Shown here in pieces: positions 14,072 through 27,249 of a stretch of 64,000 bases of DNA; position 1 is the stretch's first letter; each line of letters opens with the position of its first letter. The DNA is taken from assembly GCA_002269645.1 (NCBI GenBank), contig NIVC01002201.1:202277-266276 (forward strand), read 5' to 3'. A program made the translations under genes and the position numbers. The notes below the pieces were generated by a model that was not told the DNA's origin, ran no database searches, and saw nothing but the letters and a program-made list of their open reading frames with translations. This DNA is from Macrostomum lignano (Eukaryota).

Positions 14072-14938
14072 ATGTATGTATTTATCTATGTATAGAAATA
14101 TAATTAACTGCATATCGTCCTATATTTTTTATTATATGTTCTACTCTTTAAATTAACAACTTTCTATTTTTTCTTTGCGTTTGCGTTGCTCGTCAAATGT
14201 TTTATTTCTGTAATAGAACTTTATATTACAGTTTTACAATATACAGGGTGTACCAGTGTACTGATTTAGAGGAATGTTGCAAATGTATATATTTAAGTGT
14301 GTGTGCGCACGTGCAGTATAATGTGTCTCTTGGGGAAAAATTCCCAGTAAATCCCTGGATGGTGATTCTTTTTTTCTGTTTTTACTATTAGTCAGGCAGG
14401 AAGCTGTCTGCTGGTGGGGTATCGGACCGGCCAAGGGCTTGGCTGTAAAAAATTGGGAGAAAAAACCGGGAATTCTCCGTGGTTATAACCAAGTTTCATC
14501 TATATTGCCATAATTTCTGGAGGCCTGCAGCAGCAGGATGTGGGATCGCTTGGGGACCAGAGATTCCCAGCAGCACCCGCCATCTGTCTGCGACTTCTTC
14601 TCCTGTCCAGGCTGTGTTATTCCTTTCGCCTCGTGCTTTCCTCTTCATCTCTACCCTCTCGTCCTCGAAGCACCATTCGGGCCTCTGTGTTTCCTCCTTC
14701 TTCCTTCTGATTACTGCGGCAGATGCCACCTTACCTATGCCTTATAGATATAACTCTTTGCTTGGTTGGTCAAATCAGATCGATAATTGGGCTAGATTTT
14801 GGGCTCGTTGATGTTGAAGAGATTTCTTGTCACGATTCTGCTTATTAGTAGAATCCCTAAATTTTTGAAATATAGTAAAATCCCTAAATTTGAAATTTTG
14901 TGGTTTCCTGTAACTCTGTATAGGGCATTTGCAAAGTT

Positions 14939-15240
14939 CAGAAGGTCGGCTAACTTTTTACCGCAAGGGCCAGATTGAAGAGGAAATCAGAGAAGGGATG
15001 AGAGATAAAAGAGAGAGTGAAAGAGGGGAGGGTAGAGGAGAGAGAAGAGAGGAGAGGGGAGAGTGGGAAAGGTGAGAGAGAGAGAGGAGAGAGCAGAGGG
15101 GAGAGAGGAGGGTAGGTGAGAGAAGAGAGAAGACAGAAGAGAGCTGAGAAGAGACACAAGCCTTAAGCGGGCCGGATAGCTATTGTGAAATTTCAAAGAA
15201 CCCGAGTGCCAGATAGAGGCTTTGCTGGCCAGAGGTTGCT
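14939..15240 (+). mobile_element. Same hAT MITE family, partial copy
   Basis: CAGAAGGTCGGCTAACTTTTTACCGCAAGGGCCAGA left end, GA-rich core, then GAGACACAAGCCTTAAGCGGGCCGGATAGCTATTGT. Confidence 0.65.
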
Positions 15241-16072
15241 GTCACCTGCTCTAGCTAATTTAAAGTCTTGTGACGTTTCGGGATTCTTAGATACACACTA
15301 AAACACATCAGGTCACACTAATACCGCAAAATCGCATCAGTACCTTACAGTGTAGTAATATACTTATTTGAAGTTTTTTAGATCTAGTTACCCGACGCAA
15401 TAATTCTATAGAGATGTTGGCTGAGATTGCTTTAGATAAGTATAGTCGGGTGTTTTCTATTCCATGTATCAATACCTAATTCCCATTGAAACTTTTTCTT
15501 CCTTTCCAAGGCCATTTGTTACAGTGTACGGTATAGAAGCATGCGACATAATTTATTAGCATTGGAACAACTAAAAATTATGACTAAACGAGAGACTGGC
15601 ATCGCTCTTTGTCACGTGATGCAGGGGTTTCATCGTGACCCGACCAGCTGTTCCAGGGTTCTCTCCGAATGGCGGCTCGCTTTTTGAGTTCGAGTTTGAG
15701 TAATCGACTTAAGAGGTGGGAGAAAGAGACTCCCCTCGGGGGTTTTTAGGCTTGAAATATCCCCCATGTTAATGGGAAGATGGGTTAGGAAGGAAGGAAG
15801 GAGTCTTTGTTTCTTAATAGATTCTCTGCTAGTTGGACAAAGAGCATGAAAAATGAGCTTGAGTTTCTTTAGATCTTGTTGCAATTGAGATTATCCATCA
15901 ATTTTTCAGTTTTGACTTATTCGCTTGGGTCTCTGGGTTGGAATTTTTAGTGACTGATTGGAGCCAAATGAAGTCTTGTCATTCACATCCCCCCTTTTCA
16001 GGATTCGTGTTAATTAATTATTTATTTAAAATCTGATTTTTCTGGGAGGGTCACGTTCGCGCGCGTGGGGCA

Positions 16073-17365
16073 ATGGGGTGTCAAACGTTTCTTTTTTTTG
16101 GGGGGGGGCTTCTAACGAAGACTATAATCATGTTTTATCTAGGAAGTGATTAAGCTTTGTTTGCTCTTTGTTCTGTGTCTAATTTTGTGCATGGTATGTA
16201 GGTACTGATTTTTCTACAGGGTGCTGACCTGCTAGTCAGGTTGTCAATATCCAATGTACGAAATAATTTAATATTGTATTAATAAATTTCTGCGTGTTTC
16301 TTGCGTGTGTGTAAAGATTAAGATGAGAGGAGAGATGGAATGAGATGAGATGAGATGAGAGGAGAGGACAAGAGAGAAGAGAGAGGAGAGGAGAGAAGGG
16401 AGAGGAGAGAACGGAAACAAGAGGATAGGATATGAGAGAAGGGAGAGAAGAGAAGAGAAGGAAGAGGATAGGATAGGAGAGAAGGGAGAGAAGAGAAGAG
16501 AAGGAAGAGGATAGGATAGGAGAGAAGGGAGAGGAGAGAAGAGAAGGAAGAGGATAGGATAGGAGAGAAGGGAGAGGAGAGAAGAGAAGGAAGAGGATAG
16601 GATAGGAGAGAAGGGAGAGGAGAGAACGGAAACAAGAGGATAGGATATGAGAGAAGGGAGAGAAGAGAAGAGAAGGAAGAGGATAGGATAGGAGAGAAGG
16701 GATAGGAGAGAAGAGAAGGAAGAGGATAGGATAGGAGAGAAGGGGGAGGAGAGAAGAGAAGGAAGAGGATAGGATAGGAGAGAAGGGAGAGGAGAGAAGA
16801 GAAGGAAGAGGATAGGAGAGAAGGGAGAGGAGAGAAGAGAAGGAAGAGGATAGGATAGGAGAGAAGGGAGAGAAGAGAAGAGAAGGAAGAGGATAGGATA
16901 GGAGAGAAGGGAGAGGAGAGAAGAGAAGGGAGAGGAGAGAAGAGAAGGAAGAGGATAGGATATGAGAGAAGGGAGAGAAGAGAAGAGAAGAAAGAGGATA
17001 GGATAGGAGAGAAGGGAGAGGAGAGAACAGAAGGAAGAGGATATGATAGGAGAGAAGGGAGAGGAGAGAAGAGAAGGAAGAGGATAGGATATGAGAGAAG
17101 GGAGAGAAGAGAAGAGAAGAAAGAGGATAGGATAGGAGAGAAGGGAGAGGAGAGAACAGAAGGAAGAGGATAGGATAGGAGAGAAGGGAGAGGAGAGAAG
17201 AGAAAAGAAGAATCGAGAAGAAAGGAGATTAGAGAAGATAGCTAAAAAGACACAAACCTTAAGCGGGTCGGATTGCTATTGTAAACCTTCAAAGGAACCT
17301 GGGGGCCAGATAGGGAGGCTTCTCAGGCCGCATGTGGCCTGAGGGCCGGAGTTTGGCGTCCCCTG
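16073..17365 (+). mobile_element. Buster/Charlie-like hAT MITE copy with an expanded GA-rich core
   Basis: Left end ATGGGGTGTCAAAC; right end GGCCGCATGTGGCCTGAGGGCCGGAGTTTGGCGTCCCCTG followed by GTGTAGAT (nnnTAnnn). Internal motif GACACAAACCTTAAGCGGGTCGGATTGCTATTGT is shared with other copies. A matching left TSD was not found. Confidence 0.65.
16320..17225. repeat. About 43-bp purine-rich (GA) satellite inside a MITE
   Basis: AGGAGAGAAGGGAGAGGAGAGAAGAGAAGGAAGAGGATAGGAT units. Confidence 0.9.
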
Positions 17366-18310
17366 GTGTAGATGTACAAGTATGCTTTGTGTAATGTTGA
17401 GTTATCTCTAGCCTACTCTAACTTAGTCCACCCAATGCTATTTTGCCTATATTGTGCTCAAGCTAAAAGGCGAGAAAGATGACTAAAGTTAGACGAGATG
17501 AGAGGAAAGAGATGTCGGAAGCGCATTTTCTCTCTGTGAAGCTTCATCAACTGATGGATTATTGATTTATTGACAGTTCATTTCCACTCCTCTTCTCTCT
17601 GCCCCGTCTTATAGTGTGAGTATGCATATAAATCTATAGTAGCAAATATATATGCATACTGTATTATTAATTCATCGTCATAAAAACTCTATAGTATATA
17701 GTACGCCTGCGACTTTAAAAAAACACCCTTTATCTATCTTGACTCTCTTAGTAATTAAGTAAGCCCTGTGTGAGTTCTCATCCACTGTGTCCTCAGCGTC
17801 ACCCCTCATCATAAAGCCTGGCACATCGCGTTTCCTGTCGTCTATATAGTGCTGCTAGTGACTGCTAATAGTTTGGATTGCAACTGACTGGGTTAATAGA
17901 GCAAGGCATTGAGTAGAGAGCTGTGATTGCACTGTGTCATTGCTGCACAGATTTCTGGTGTTGACCTCGGCTGAACGAATGACTCAACGATATCCAAACC
18001 AACAGGGCTTTGTCTGATACCAGTAATTTTGCGATTTGTCAGAGATTTAATTGTTGTTCTGATGCTTACTTTTTTAAATTCTCTTTGTTTGTCTCCCTAA
18101 TCACTAGGGAAATGGGCGTCTGATTGTCTCTGTCTGTTAGGCTTTTAGTGCAATATATATAACAATTCATGCATGCAACAAACAAAGCATTTGTATTTTT
18201 TAAATCAATCTCACTTTTTTAAAAAGCAGCTCGCTTTTTTATGTGCTTTCTCTTAGACACTGGGGTTCTATTGATATCTGTCTATTTTTGTCTACTAAGT
18301 CAATCTACTG

Positions 18311-18530
18311 CAGGGGTCCTCCGGCCCGCTCACGGTTAGGGTCTTCTCTCTAATCTCCTGTCCTCTCTCATCTCCCCTCCCCCTTTCTCTCTTTCCTCCT
18401 CTCCCCTCCAGCCTCTCTCCCTTCCTCTCTCCTCTCCTCTCTCATCTTGCCTATCTCCTCTTCTTTCTTCCCTCCTCTCTCGTCTCTTTTCCCCCCTTTT
18501 CTCTCTATCGCTCTGGCCAACTGTTTTTCG
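18311..18530 (-). mobile_element. Same hAT MITE family, decayed copy
   Basis: Starts CAGGGGTCCTCCGGCCCGCTCACGGTTAGGGTCTTCTC after ATCTACTG; CT-rich core. Confidence 0.45.
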
Positions 18531-18584
18531 ACAGCTTCTATATTTAGCCCTTTAGTTAATTTTTCCCGATCCCCCCATAATCTA

Positions 18585-19075
18585 CTGTCTACTTCTCCTT
18601 TCTACTAAGTCAGTAATCTACTGTCTACCTCTCCTGTCTACTAAGACAATAATCTACTGTCTGCTCTCCTGTCTACTAGTCAATAATCTACTGTCTGCCT
18701 CTCCTGTCTACTAAGTCAATAATCTACTGTCTACCTCTCCTTTCTTATGCCAATAATCTACTGTCTGCCTCTACTGTCTAGTCTGCCAATAATCTACTGT
18801 CTGCCTTTCCTGTCTACTAGTCAATAATCTACTGTCTACCTCTCCTGTCTACTAAGTCAATAATCTACTGTCTACCTCTCCTGTCTACTAAGTCAATAAT
18901 CTACTGTCTACCTCTCCTTTCTTATGCCAATAATCTGCTGTCTGCCTCTACTGTCTACTATGCCAATAATCTACTGTCTACCTCTCCGACTCTCCTGTCT
19001 ACTAAGTACATCTAGTGTCTACCTCTCCTGTCTACTAAGTCAATCCACTGTCTACCTCTCCTATCTACTAAGTCT
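18585..19075. repeat. About 36-bp minisatellite (CTACTGTCTACCTCTCCTGTCTACTAAGTCAATAAT)
   Basis: Tandem degenerate units. Confidence 0.88.
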
Positions 19076-20039
19076 ATCTTAATTCAATCTTCAGTGTAAC
19101 CTTATAATTTATTTCTATACTTTTTCTTCAGTCGGGCGGGCACCTTGTATCGCATTTCTGTACAAAATAGTTCCTTTTGCACTCATTTTCCTAAAATTTT
19201 GCCAGCCAGCCAAGTCACTGGTTTGGTTGTAAATCATTATTTTTCCTCGAAAAAACAGTCACAATAATAGGTCTTTGTTTGCCATAATTTCCTCATCTAA
19301 CTGACGCCTGCGTCTGACTGAGTCTCACTGCCTTCTTGTTTTTTTCCGGGTTTTTTTAACCTCTAGCTTTGTTGCTCAATGCCTGTAGCTTTCATATTTA
19401 TTATTTTACCAGCTAGAGCTTGAAATTTGCTTGCATTTTCTGTGTGTTCATGAAATACCGCTTTGACAGTGTGCTTTTTTATTATTGACTACTGTTTTAC
19501 CTGAGCAGTTGGCTTTGTCTATTTAGCATTAATGATGGAGCTTTTGTATCGCAATGGAAGATAGAATTTTTTAAAATCACGTTAATGAACTTTGACATTT
19601 TTTACCACTTTATTTAGCCTTTGGGATTTGAACATAATCAAATTAGCTCACAAGGTTTAGACAAAGAGAATTTTCTGCTGCTTCTCTCAATGCCTTCAGG
19701 CTGTTTTTCGTTCACTGCGTGTGGTGTGGTTTTGTAGAGGAAATGAAAATGTAGAGGATTGAAGCCTGGGATCTGGCTTGGAGGCGGCAGCTTTACACAA
19801 GTGGTGTAGGCCTGCCTATCCTGTCTATCCATTCGAGTATTTGACAAGATCTTCGAACTGGGGTGGGAACTGGGATGCTGGATTAGTCGGGACTTAAAAT
19901 GCTCGGGGTGGGATATTATTATAAACACTTATTTAAATCCTCTGTGTGCCGGGTGACAGTTTCAGACTGGCTTAACTGATCTGCTAGAAGTAAATAGACA
20001 GACAGGCTTTGTTTGGTGCACTGCCAGATCCATGTACAG

Positions 20040-20680
20040 ACTAAGACAGGCAAATGATAATACAGACTGACACTGGGACACTGGGACAGTTACTAAGACA
20101 GACAATAAGACACTGAGACAGACACTGCGATAGACACTGAGACAGACACTGCGACAGACACTGCGACAGACACTGCGAACAGACACTGACACCAGCACTA
20201 AGACAGACACTGAGACAGACACTGCGACAGACACTGAGACAGACACTGAGACAGACACTGCGACAGACACTAAGACAGAGACTAAGGCAGACAATGTGAC
20301 AGACACTAACAAAAACACTAAGACAGACACAAAGACACACTAAGACACATAATGAGACGGACAACAAGACAGACACTGAGACAGACACTAAGACAGAGAC
20401 TAAGGCAGACAATGTGAGAGACACTAACAAAAACACTAAGACAGACACAGAGACACACTAAGAAAGATAATGAGACGGACAATAAGACGGACACTGAAAC
20501 AGACACTAAGACAGACACTGAGACAGACACTAAGACAGAGACTAAGGCAGACAATGCGACAGACACTAACAAAAACACTAAGACAGACACAGACACACTA
20601 AGACAGATAATGAGACGGACAATAATACAGACACCAAGGCACAAGACGGACAGACTCTGAGACATACAGACAGATGCACT
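20040..20680. repeat. ACAGACACT(G/A)AG 12-bp cryptic repeat with three longer (~120-145 bp) repeated blocks
   Basis: GACAGAGACTAAGGCAGACAATG recurs at about 20273, 20393 and 20534. Confidence 0.85.
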
Positions 20681-21344
20681 AAATTTTCTTATCTAAGGAT
20701 AATGTTAAGGTTATGATATTGAATAGAACTGATTAAGATAACTGGCCCTATGGCATGACTAGCTCGTGAAACCTGGGTACATGTTAAGCTTCCCAACTAA
20801 GACTTCTCCAATTCTCAATCAGACTGTCCACCCTTACCCTTCCCTTGGTTCCTTCGGTCGGCGGTGGACACCTGATTTCGCCCCCAACCCCCTCTAGCCA
20901 AGCCAGCTAATTTGATGCATTATTCGCAATCATTCGGCCAGAGGCAAAACCTATATGAATAGTATGATTAATATTATTTGCAATTTGAACACCCGGGCTT
21001 ATTCAAGCGTAGATATTATTTGAGGAAATCTTCCCACCCTACCTAAAACCATGCAAGTCTTTGTTCGCATTCTCCCTTGGTTATTGTTGAGACCTAGTCA
21101 GCTGTCAGCGACGGCGCAGGGCAAACCTTACACTTGACTGACCATAAATTATAATTCCGGAAAAAAGGATTACGCAATCGTTCCTCACCTGTCATCCCTT
21201 AGCTCTGAATGCGTTGCAGTTTAAACTCTGCGGATTGTGGTCAAACAAAGGGGACAAATTCTGAGTTCTATTTCTTCGAAGGTCTGGACGAAGTTTTGTT
21301 GATAAGAACCTTAGGTCATTAGATTATGAATAGGCGTCCGTGAT

Positions 21345-21700
21345 GTGTGATGCGTCTAGCTTGTTCTGTGTCTAGTTTGTGGTGTGTCTAGTTTGTGGTG
21401 TTTCTAGTTTGTGATGTGTCTAGTTTGTGGTGTGTCTAGTTTGTGATGTGTTTGGTTTGTGATGTGTTTGGTTTGTGATGTGTCTAGTTTATGATGTGTC
21501 TAGTTTGTGACGTGTCTGGTTTGTGATGTGTCTGGTTTGTGATGTGTCTAGTTTATGATGTGTCTAGTTTGTGATGTGTCTGGTTTGTGATGTGTCTAGT
21601 TTGTGATGTGTCTGGTTTGTGATGTGTCTGATTTGTGATGTGTCTGGTTTGTGATGTGTCTGGTTTGTGATGTGTCTGGTTTGTGATGTGTCTGGTTTGT
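21345..21700. repeat. 16-bp minisatellite (GTTTGTGATGTGTCTR)
   Basis: Direct reading. Confidence 0.93.
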
Positions 21701-23853
21701 GGAAGTTACTTGCCTCTTATTTCAACTACATTACAGCACTGAAAGTAAAGTGTCCTGCCCTGTACAATTAAGACAAAAGAACAGCTTTTTCCTTTTTTTT
21801 CTTTGCCTGCAAGACCTTTTGTCCTTCATTTTTGTGTTTTTTTTTCAGTTTAGTGCTTGCGTTTGTTGGGGCCTGCAGTTTTGTTCTGCGGCATTTTCTT
21901 GCCTTGTTTTTCAATTTTTGCATTTTCCTCTGCCATTCTACGAGTATTTTAGTGCACACAGGGACTGCGTGTGCTTGCTTTGACTTCAGTCAAATTCAGG
22001 CCCCTAAGTGTTTTTCAGAACTCTCCACCTCTTTCATCATTCAAAGCTTTTTTTAAAGAAACCTAAATTTTACCACATGAAATCTCGTTTCTTCCGCTTT
22101 TCCATACATATCGGTGGGCAATTTATTTATCTCCCTCCCTCGCCCTCTCGCCCTCACCCTTTCACATTCCCTCTCACTTAATCTTACTTTCTGAGGCAAA
22201 ACCATCCCACTTACTCTTGTCAACAAAGAGTGCACCACATCTATTTGACTTTAAACACTCCGAGTTCTGTCTGCTTTCTGTGTGTGTTTTCTTTTCCTAT
22301 TTCAAATCTTTCACATCTTCAGGTGCCTTTTTTTCTTGCTTTAAAAAAAGCTCACCGGCCCAAATGTTTTAGTCCAATCTAGAAATTCGACACCCTACCA
22401 TCAAGTTTTGCAGCATATTTGCGTCAATTCACTAAGATTGACACAGCAGTGCGAAATGAAAAAAGGCATTTAAGTACAGCTGTTCGCGTTTATTTAGGCA
22501 GGTCTTTTTTGGATTTCTTTTTGAAGAAGAAAAACGCACACTCTCAGTACCCGTGTTGGCCACCACACTGTAGAGCACTCAACAGAATAAATAAATGAAA
22601 TTAAATAAAAGAAGACCAGAAAAGATTTCTCACCTGCTTCTTTTCAGTTGTAAATCTGTACTTTGTTGAGTTTAGTTCAGAGTTTGTCTTTTATTTATCT
22701 GCCAGCTCAGCTATATAGATAGGCATAATAAATTAGACATTAGGCATAAGCAATTTACTCGGAGGCGTCTTATTATGTAAATACACTGGGGGAGAGATTC
22801 CATTTTTTTCCATTTCTAACCTTTCTAACCCTTCCGGCGCTTCTACTTTATTCAAGATTAGACGGCGAGACAGAGAGAAAATTGCATTGTTAATTTGGGA
22901 GCCGAATAGCGATATAAAACTTTATAGTGTGCATAATGTAAACGATTAATATGCATATGCTGAATTTTACTGTCTTTAGTAATTCACTAACTTATTGGAA
23001 CTCGCTAGGGCATTTTAAATTCGTTTTGTTTGAAGTTTTATTACGTCCCACAGATAGTGTACATGTTTGACGATTAGAAATTCAAGTGCCACCGAAGGCT
23101 TTGTGACAAACAACCATTTCTGTGAAGGTAAAACCTAGAGTCTGACAAATTAGGAGTTATGTGAATAGTTATATTGCTCGGCTCCCAAATCGCCTTGAAT
23201 ATGCATTTATGAATAGACAATAATAATACAAGGTGAGGAGAGGGGGGAATTGACAAAATACTAAGGAAGACTCCCCGTCGCATTCACGCACAGCTCTGCA
23301 TGCGCAGCTGTGTTAAAGACAAGAGAGAAGCGGCCTCTTAAGAACACTTGAGTTAACAGTGTCTCACAGACATTTCTGTTGTGAGTCGGTCAAGTTCAGA
23401 AGCGAAGCCGGGGGGGGGGGGGCAATAAAAGCTACAGTACCATGGGTAGAAAAGAGAATGAATATTTTTCTAAAACGCGGCACCTTTGATTATAGTTTTT
23501 TTTCTCTTCCCTAAAGTGTAAATATGACCGTTTTCTGTATTCTCTTTTTACGTGCCGATTTATATCTATCTATACACACACGGATTTTGTTATCTATAGT
23601 TATGCGTGCCTATATTGTAGTATAGAATATGCGGTAGGTAAGGCGGATTGGTTAATTCTACTTAATTTAGTTGCTTGGATATTTCTTTTTTTCAAGTCTA
23701 TTATAGAGAAAAGAAATAGAGAAATTTAAAGATTTTGAATACAGTTTAAATTTAAAGTATCTCCATGCCAGCGTGGCCTCTCTAGTCTGTATGCGACCTT
23801 CCGGGTTCTTTGAAGCTTTTGTCCCCCCCCCCCCTCGTTTCTTTTTGTCTACT

Positions 23854-25015
23854 TACTTACTTACTACTGACGGGGGGCGCAGGCGCCGCGAATAGGCCGC
23901 GAGGCCCCTATCGCAACCCCAAGGTAAAAGAGCACAAGGATTAGCCTTGGGGGTGCGCCCAGTCCCCGCCAGTAGTCGGCAGGTCCGCAGTGGAGGCATC
24001 GGCGACCCTCATCCGGCCGGAGTCCCGGACGAAGGCGCGGAGGTCTCGGATATTGTCCGCGGTGGTCAGCTCGTCCATCCGCTGGGGGTGGCCGAGGTAT
24101 TTGTGCCGCGCCTTGTTGAAGTAAGGGCAGAAGGTGACGTGATGCTCCGCGGTCTCCTCTCCTATGCCACAGAAGGGACAGGTGGGAGGGCAACCGGTTT
24201 GCAACGATATATGTCTCTGGAAGAATCCGTGGCCGGTTAGGACCATGCACATCTCCCTGAGGTCGGTTCTGTTAAGCGAAATCAGATAATCAGAGACTTT
24301 CCTGTTCAGGTTAGGCATGGCAGAGCGGCTCTGCCTGTACTCGGTGCAGCTGTTCCAGTGGAGCTGGTGCTGCTGATGGAGCCACCTGTTGATATGGCGG
24401 GTGACTTGCGACCTGGGGGTGGGTAGCCTCATCAGACGGTGGTTGCCGTCTGGGTTGCTGCCCTCCTTGGCGAGAGAGTCCGCGAGCTCGTTGCCCAGGA
24501 TGTTGCTGTGACCAGGTGTCCAGATAATTCTAATCCTGTTAAGGACTGAGAGAGATTGCACACTGCGGTGGCATTGAGATACTGTAGCAGCGGAGATATT
24601 CTCAGTGGTTAAGGCCTTAATAGCAGCTTGGCTATCAGTGTAGAAATTAATGTCAAAATTATTAATGTTCGCCTGAAACAGTTGCTGGGCACACTGCTCA
24701 ATGGCGCAAATTTCAGCTTGGAAAACTGAGGTGTTCTCACCGAGGTGCAGACTTTCCTGGAGAAGCATCTTACCCTCGTGGAAAATGGCAATACCCGCTC
24801 CAGCGCGGCCGTTGAACAGCGAGCCGTCGGTGAAGCAGTGAATGCCCTGGCTGCGCCGGTTCACACCGACATCCAGCGGAATGTTGTCTCGGCCAGGGAT
24901 GGCGGTCTTGAAGCCCCTCCTGATGTTGAGGGCGGGAGGTCGACTATCCACATTGCCCAGGTCCATGTGGATGTTGTTAAGGTCGCGGCGGACAAAGTCC
25001 ATATGCTACTTATGC
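23854..25015 (-). mobile_element. 5'-truncated non-LTR retrotransposon (RNase H-bearing, I-group-like)
   Basis: 14-bp TSD TCTTTTTGTCTACT at 23840-23853 and 25016-25029. 3' tail of (AGTA/TAAG)n at ~23854-23868 and a GC-rich 3' UTR hairpin. Internal ORF has RNase H and a CCHC knuckle but no RT or endonuclease. Confidence 0.9.
23941..25002 (-). CDS. RNase H (non-LTR RT-associated type) plus C-terminal CCHC zinc knuckle, 353 aa uninterrupted ORF
   Basis: Catalytic motifs [43 protein letters not shown], followed by LTGHG...CPFC-x7-EHHVTFCP. Confidence 0.88.
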   Translation of the reverse strand: MDFVRRDLNNIHMDLGNVDSRPPALNIRRGFKTAIPGRDNIPLDVGVNRRSQGIHCFTDGSLFNGRAGAGIAIFHEGKMLLQESLHLGENTSVFQAEICAIEQCAQQLFQANINNFDINFYTDSQAAIKALTTENISAATVSQCHRSVQSLSVLNRIRIIWTPGHSNILGNELADSLAKEGSNPDGNHRLMRLPTPRSQVTRHINRWLHQQHQLHWNSCTEYRQSRSAMPNLNRKVSDYLISLNRTDLREMCMVLTGHGFFQRHISLQTGCPPTCPFCGIGEETAEHHVTFCPYFNKARHKYLGHPQRMDELTTADNIRDLRAFVRDSGRMRVADASTADLPTTGGDWAHPQG

Positions 25016-26197
25016 TCTTTTTGTCTACTCTCTCACATTGTCTCATCTTCTCTTTCCTCTCTCAATTTGCGCACCCCAGGTTCAGTGAGGAGTCTGGGAA
25101 ACGGTCGTGACTGCTTGCGTCCTTGCTTAGATACGGGCGGGTCGACTGCTGTAAGGACTAATAACTAAAAACATTTAAGCTAGTGGGGTATGTAGGGGTT
25201 TGTAGCCTTATAAAATAGCATATTTTCCTAATGCTGCTTGATCCAGAAGCTATATTTATTCATCGTTGTTTTCATATTTTAAACAAAACGTGATAGAATG
25301 CTAATATATTTTATTCGTATTGAGGCAATCATAGGTGAAAGAACAGGAAACTGAATTGGCTGTGTCCGTCTGTGTGTGTATGTGTGTGTGTGTGCTTTCC
25401 TTGCCAAAATTAATTAAATAAAGTCGCCTCTTACTGGGATATAGAAGAGATTGGCTGAAATACTAGCTAGCTAGCTAGTTAGTTCTAGTTAAACTTTCAC
25501 TTTTCCGCTTTTCTTTACCGCATCCGATAAAAAACGTTGATGCTAGACGTCGAGTTAAAATTTCCCTAAGGAGATTAATTTATTTGAGCTCTCACTGAAG
25601 CGGCCGAAAGCGGGGTCCCTGGATTAAAGCTGCCGTAAGTCTGAGACGAATTCTCCTTTCAACTTCCCTCACCGTTTCTACCGAGGTCTTAAGGCTGAGA
25701 ACTCTCGAGGGAAGATGGTTGGCTTGAGTAAAGTGTATCAAGTTAAGTTGTGTTATGCATAGTAAGCAGCTCGAAGCTGGCGCCATTTCGGGGGTTTACG
25801 TATTAGACAGTCGATTCCCGCTTCGCGGGCTATGGCTGCTTCGGGGCAGGCAGGAAAAAAGTGACTGGGTCTAAAAGCGGTGTATAGGCGATAATTGAAT
25901 TTTTCGAACTAGGACCTACTACCGGTACTTACACTAGTGCCTAGTGCATTATTATATTATTATGCTTCCTCACATACGAGCATGTGTATGCCTCTTAGCT
26001 CATTTTTCCCTCCTCGCGTCTTCTCCCTTCGCTAGCGAGTGGGGTCCTGCTTCAGTTAGTATATATAGATGGATGGATAGATAGAAAGCGACCTCCTGTC
26101 TGTTCCTTGCTAGGCCAAGCGGGTTGGTAGAGGAGAGAGAGAGAGATTAAAAACGGATAGAAGGAGAATGCCGCTTGTCCCGGCGCTGCGTTTAGGG

Positions 26198-26223
26198 CGA
26201 TGACTCATCGTTAGGCGTCACGT
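26198..26223. promoter_or_regulatory. Candidate AP-1 site in a perfect palindrome (CGATGACTCATCG) next to a CRE-like GGCGTCACGT, upstream of robo
   Basis: Motif match only, in a CpG-rich patch about 1.2 kb upstream of the robo ATG. Confidence 0.25.
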
Positions 26224-27249
26224 CTCTCTCCGCCCTCTCTCTCTCTCCCTTCCCCCTTTCCCGCCTTCCCCGTTCTGTCTGGCTCTGTTGGCGGGTCTTC
26301 TCTTAAAAATATATTCTTCAACCCCAAGCCCAAGAGTGTCGTCAAATCAAGTCCTATTTTACAGTCTATAATCTATATTATTGTATTAGATTACATTTGT
26401 TTCATTTTCTTTTCTGCTTAGTTTCACTATTATATATGCGCAGTTTAGAATTATGAAAACAAAATAAGATACACGATTTTTCTGGCGTGCAGTGCATTTG
26501 ATGCTCAGATATCCGTTCGAACTCTCAGCCAATCGATCAAACGGTCCAGTGCAGTTTAAAGAAAACTCCAAGACGTTTGAAAAACCACATGAAACCAACT
26601 GGGAGGCCTAAGAATGCGACATTAGTTTAGTACTTTTTTGAGAAATCAGTGCGTTACACTTAGTTGCCTGATTCAGAAATCTGGAGTGTGTTGTGTGCAT
26701 GCGTGCTTCCAACCAATTGGCTCCCATTGGATTGGAGGGTTACCTTAGGAGTAGCCCAGCCTCGTATCAAAATAGGTTGGCCTAAAGAAGGTCCTCGACT
26801 CTCCCTCCCCCCTCTGCCCATCTGGACGCCTCCTGTCCCTACGAAGGCCCACTTTCACCGCCAACCTCCCTCCCTGAACGTTTTCTTCACCGTTCCTTCT
26901 CCTCAAGCAGCCCGCTCTCTCCTCGCTCAGTCAGTCAGCGTCAAAAGCTTACTTTGGATTTCGTTCAGTTCAGCGTCTCACGGGATGTGATTAATCCCCT
27001 CCCCACGCCTCCTCCCCCTGCTCTCTCCTCTCCCCTCTTCTCCGTTCTCCTCTCTCCTCTGTCCTCGCGTGCCTTACAGCCAACCCTCCAAGGCCTCGTC
27101 CCCGTTTTCCCCAGAGTCAGCCCGACAGTTCGCCCGCCCCATTTTGCCGCTGCTCTGTCTGTCCCATTTAATAACCTAATCTTTCTCTGTTCCTCTCTCT
27201 CTCTCTCGGCTCCATCTGCGCTCCTGCCGAGAGACAAAAACGCAGAAAA

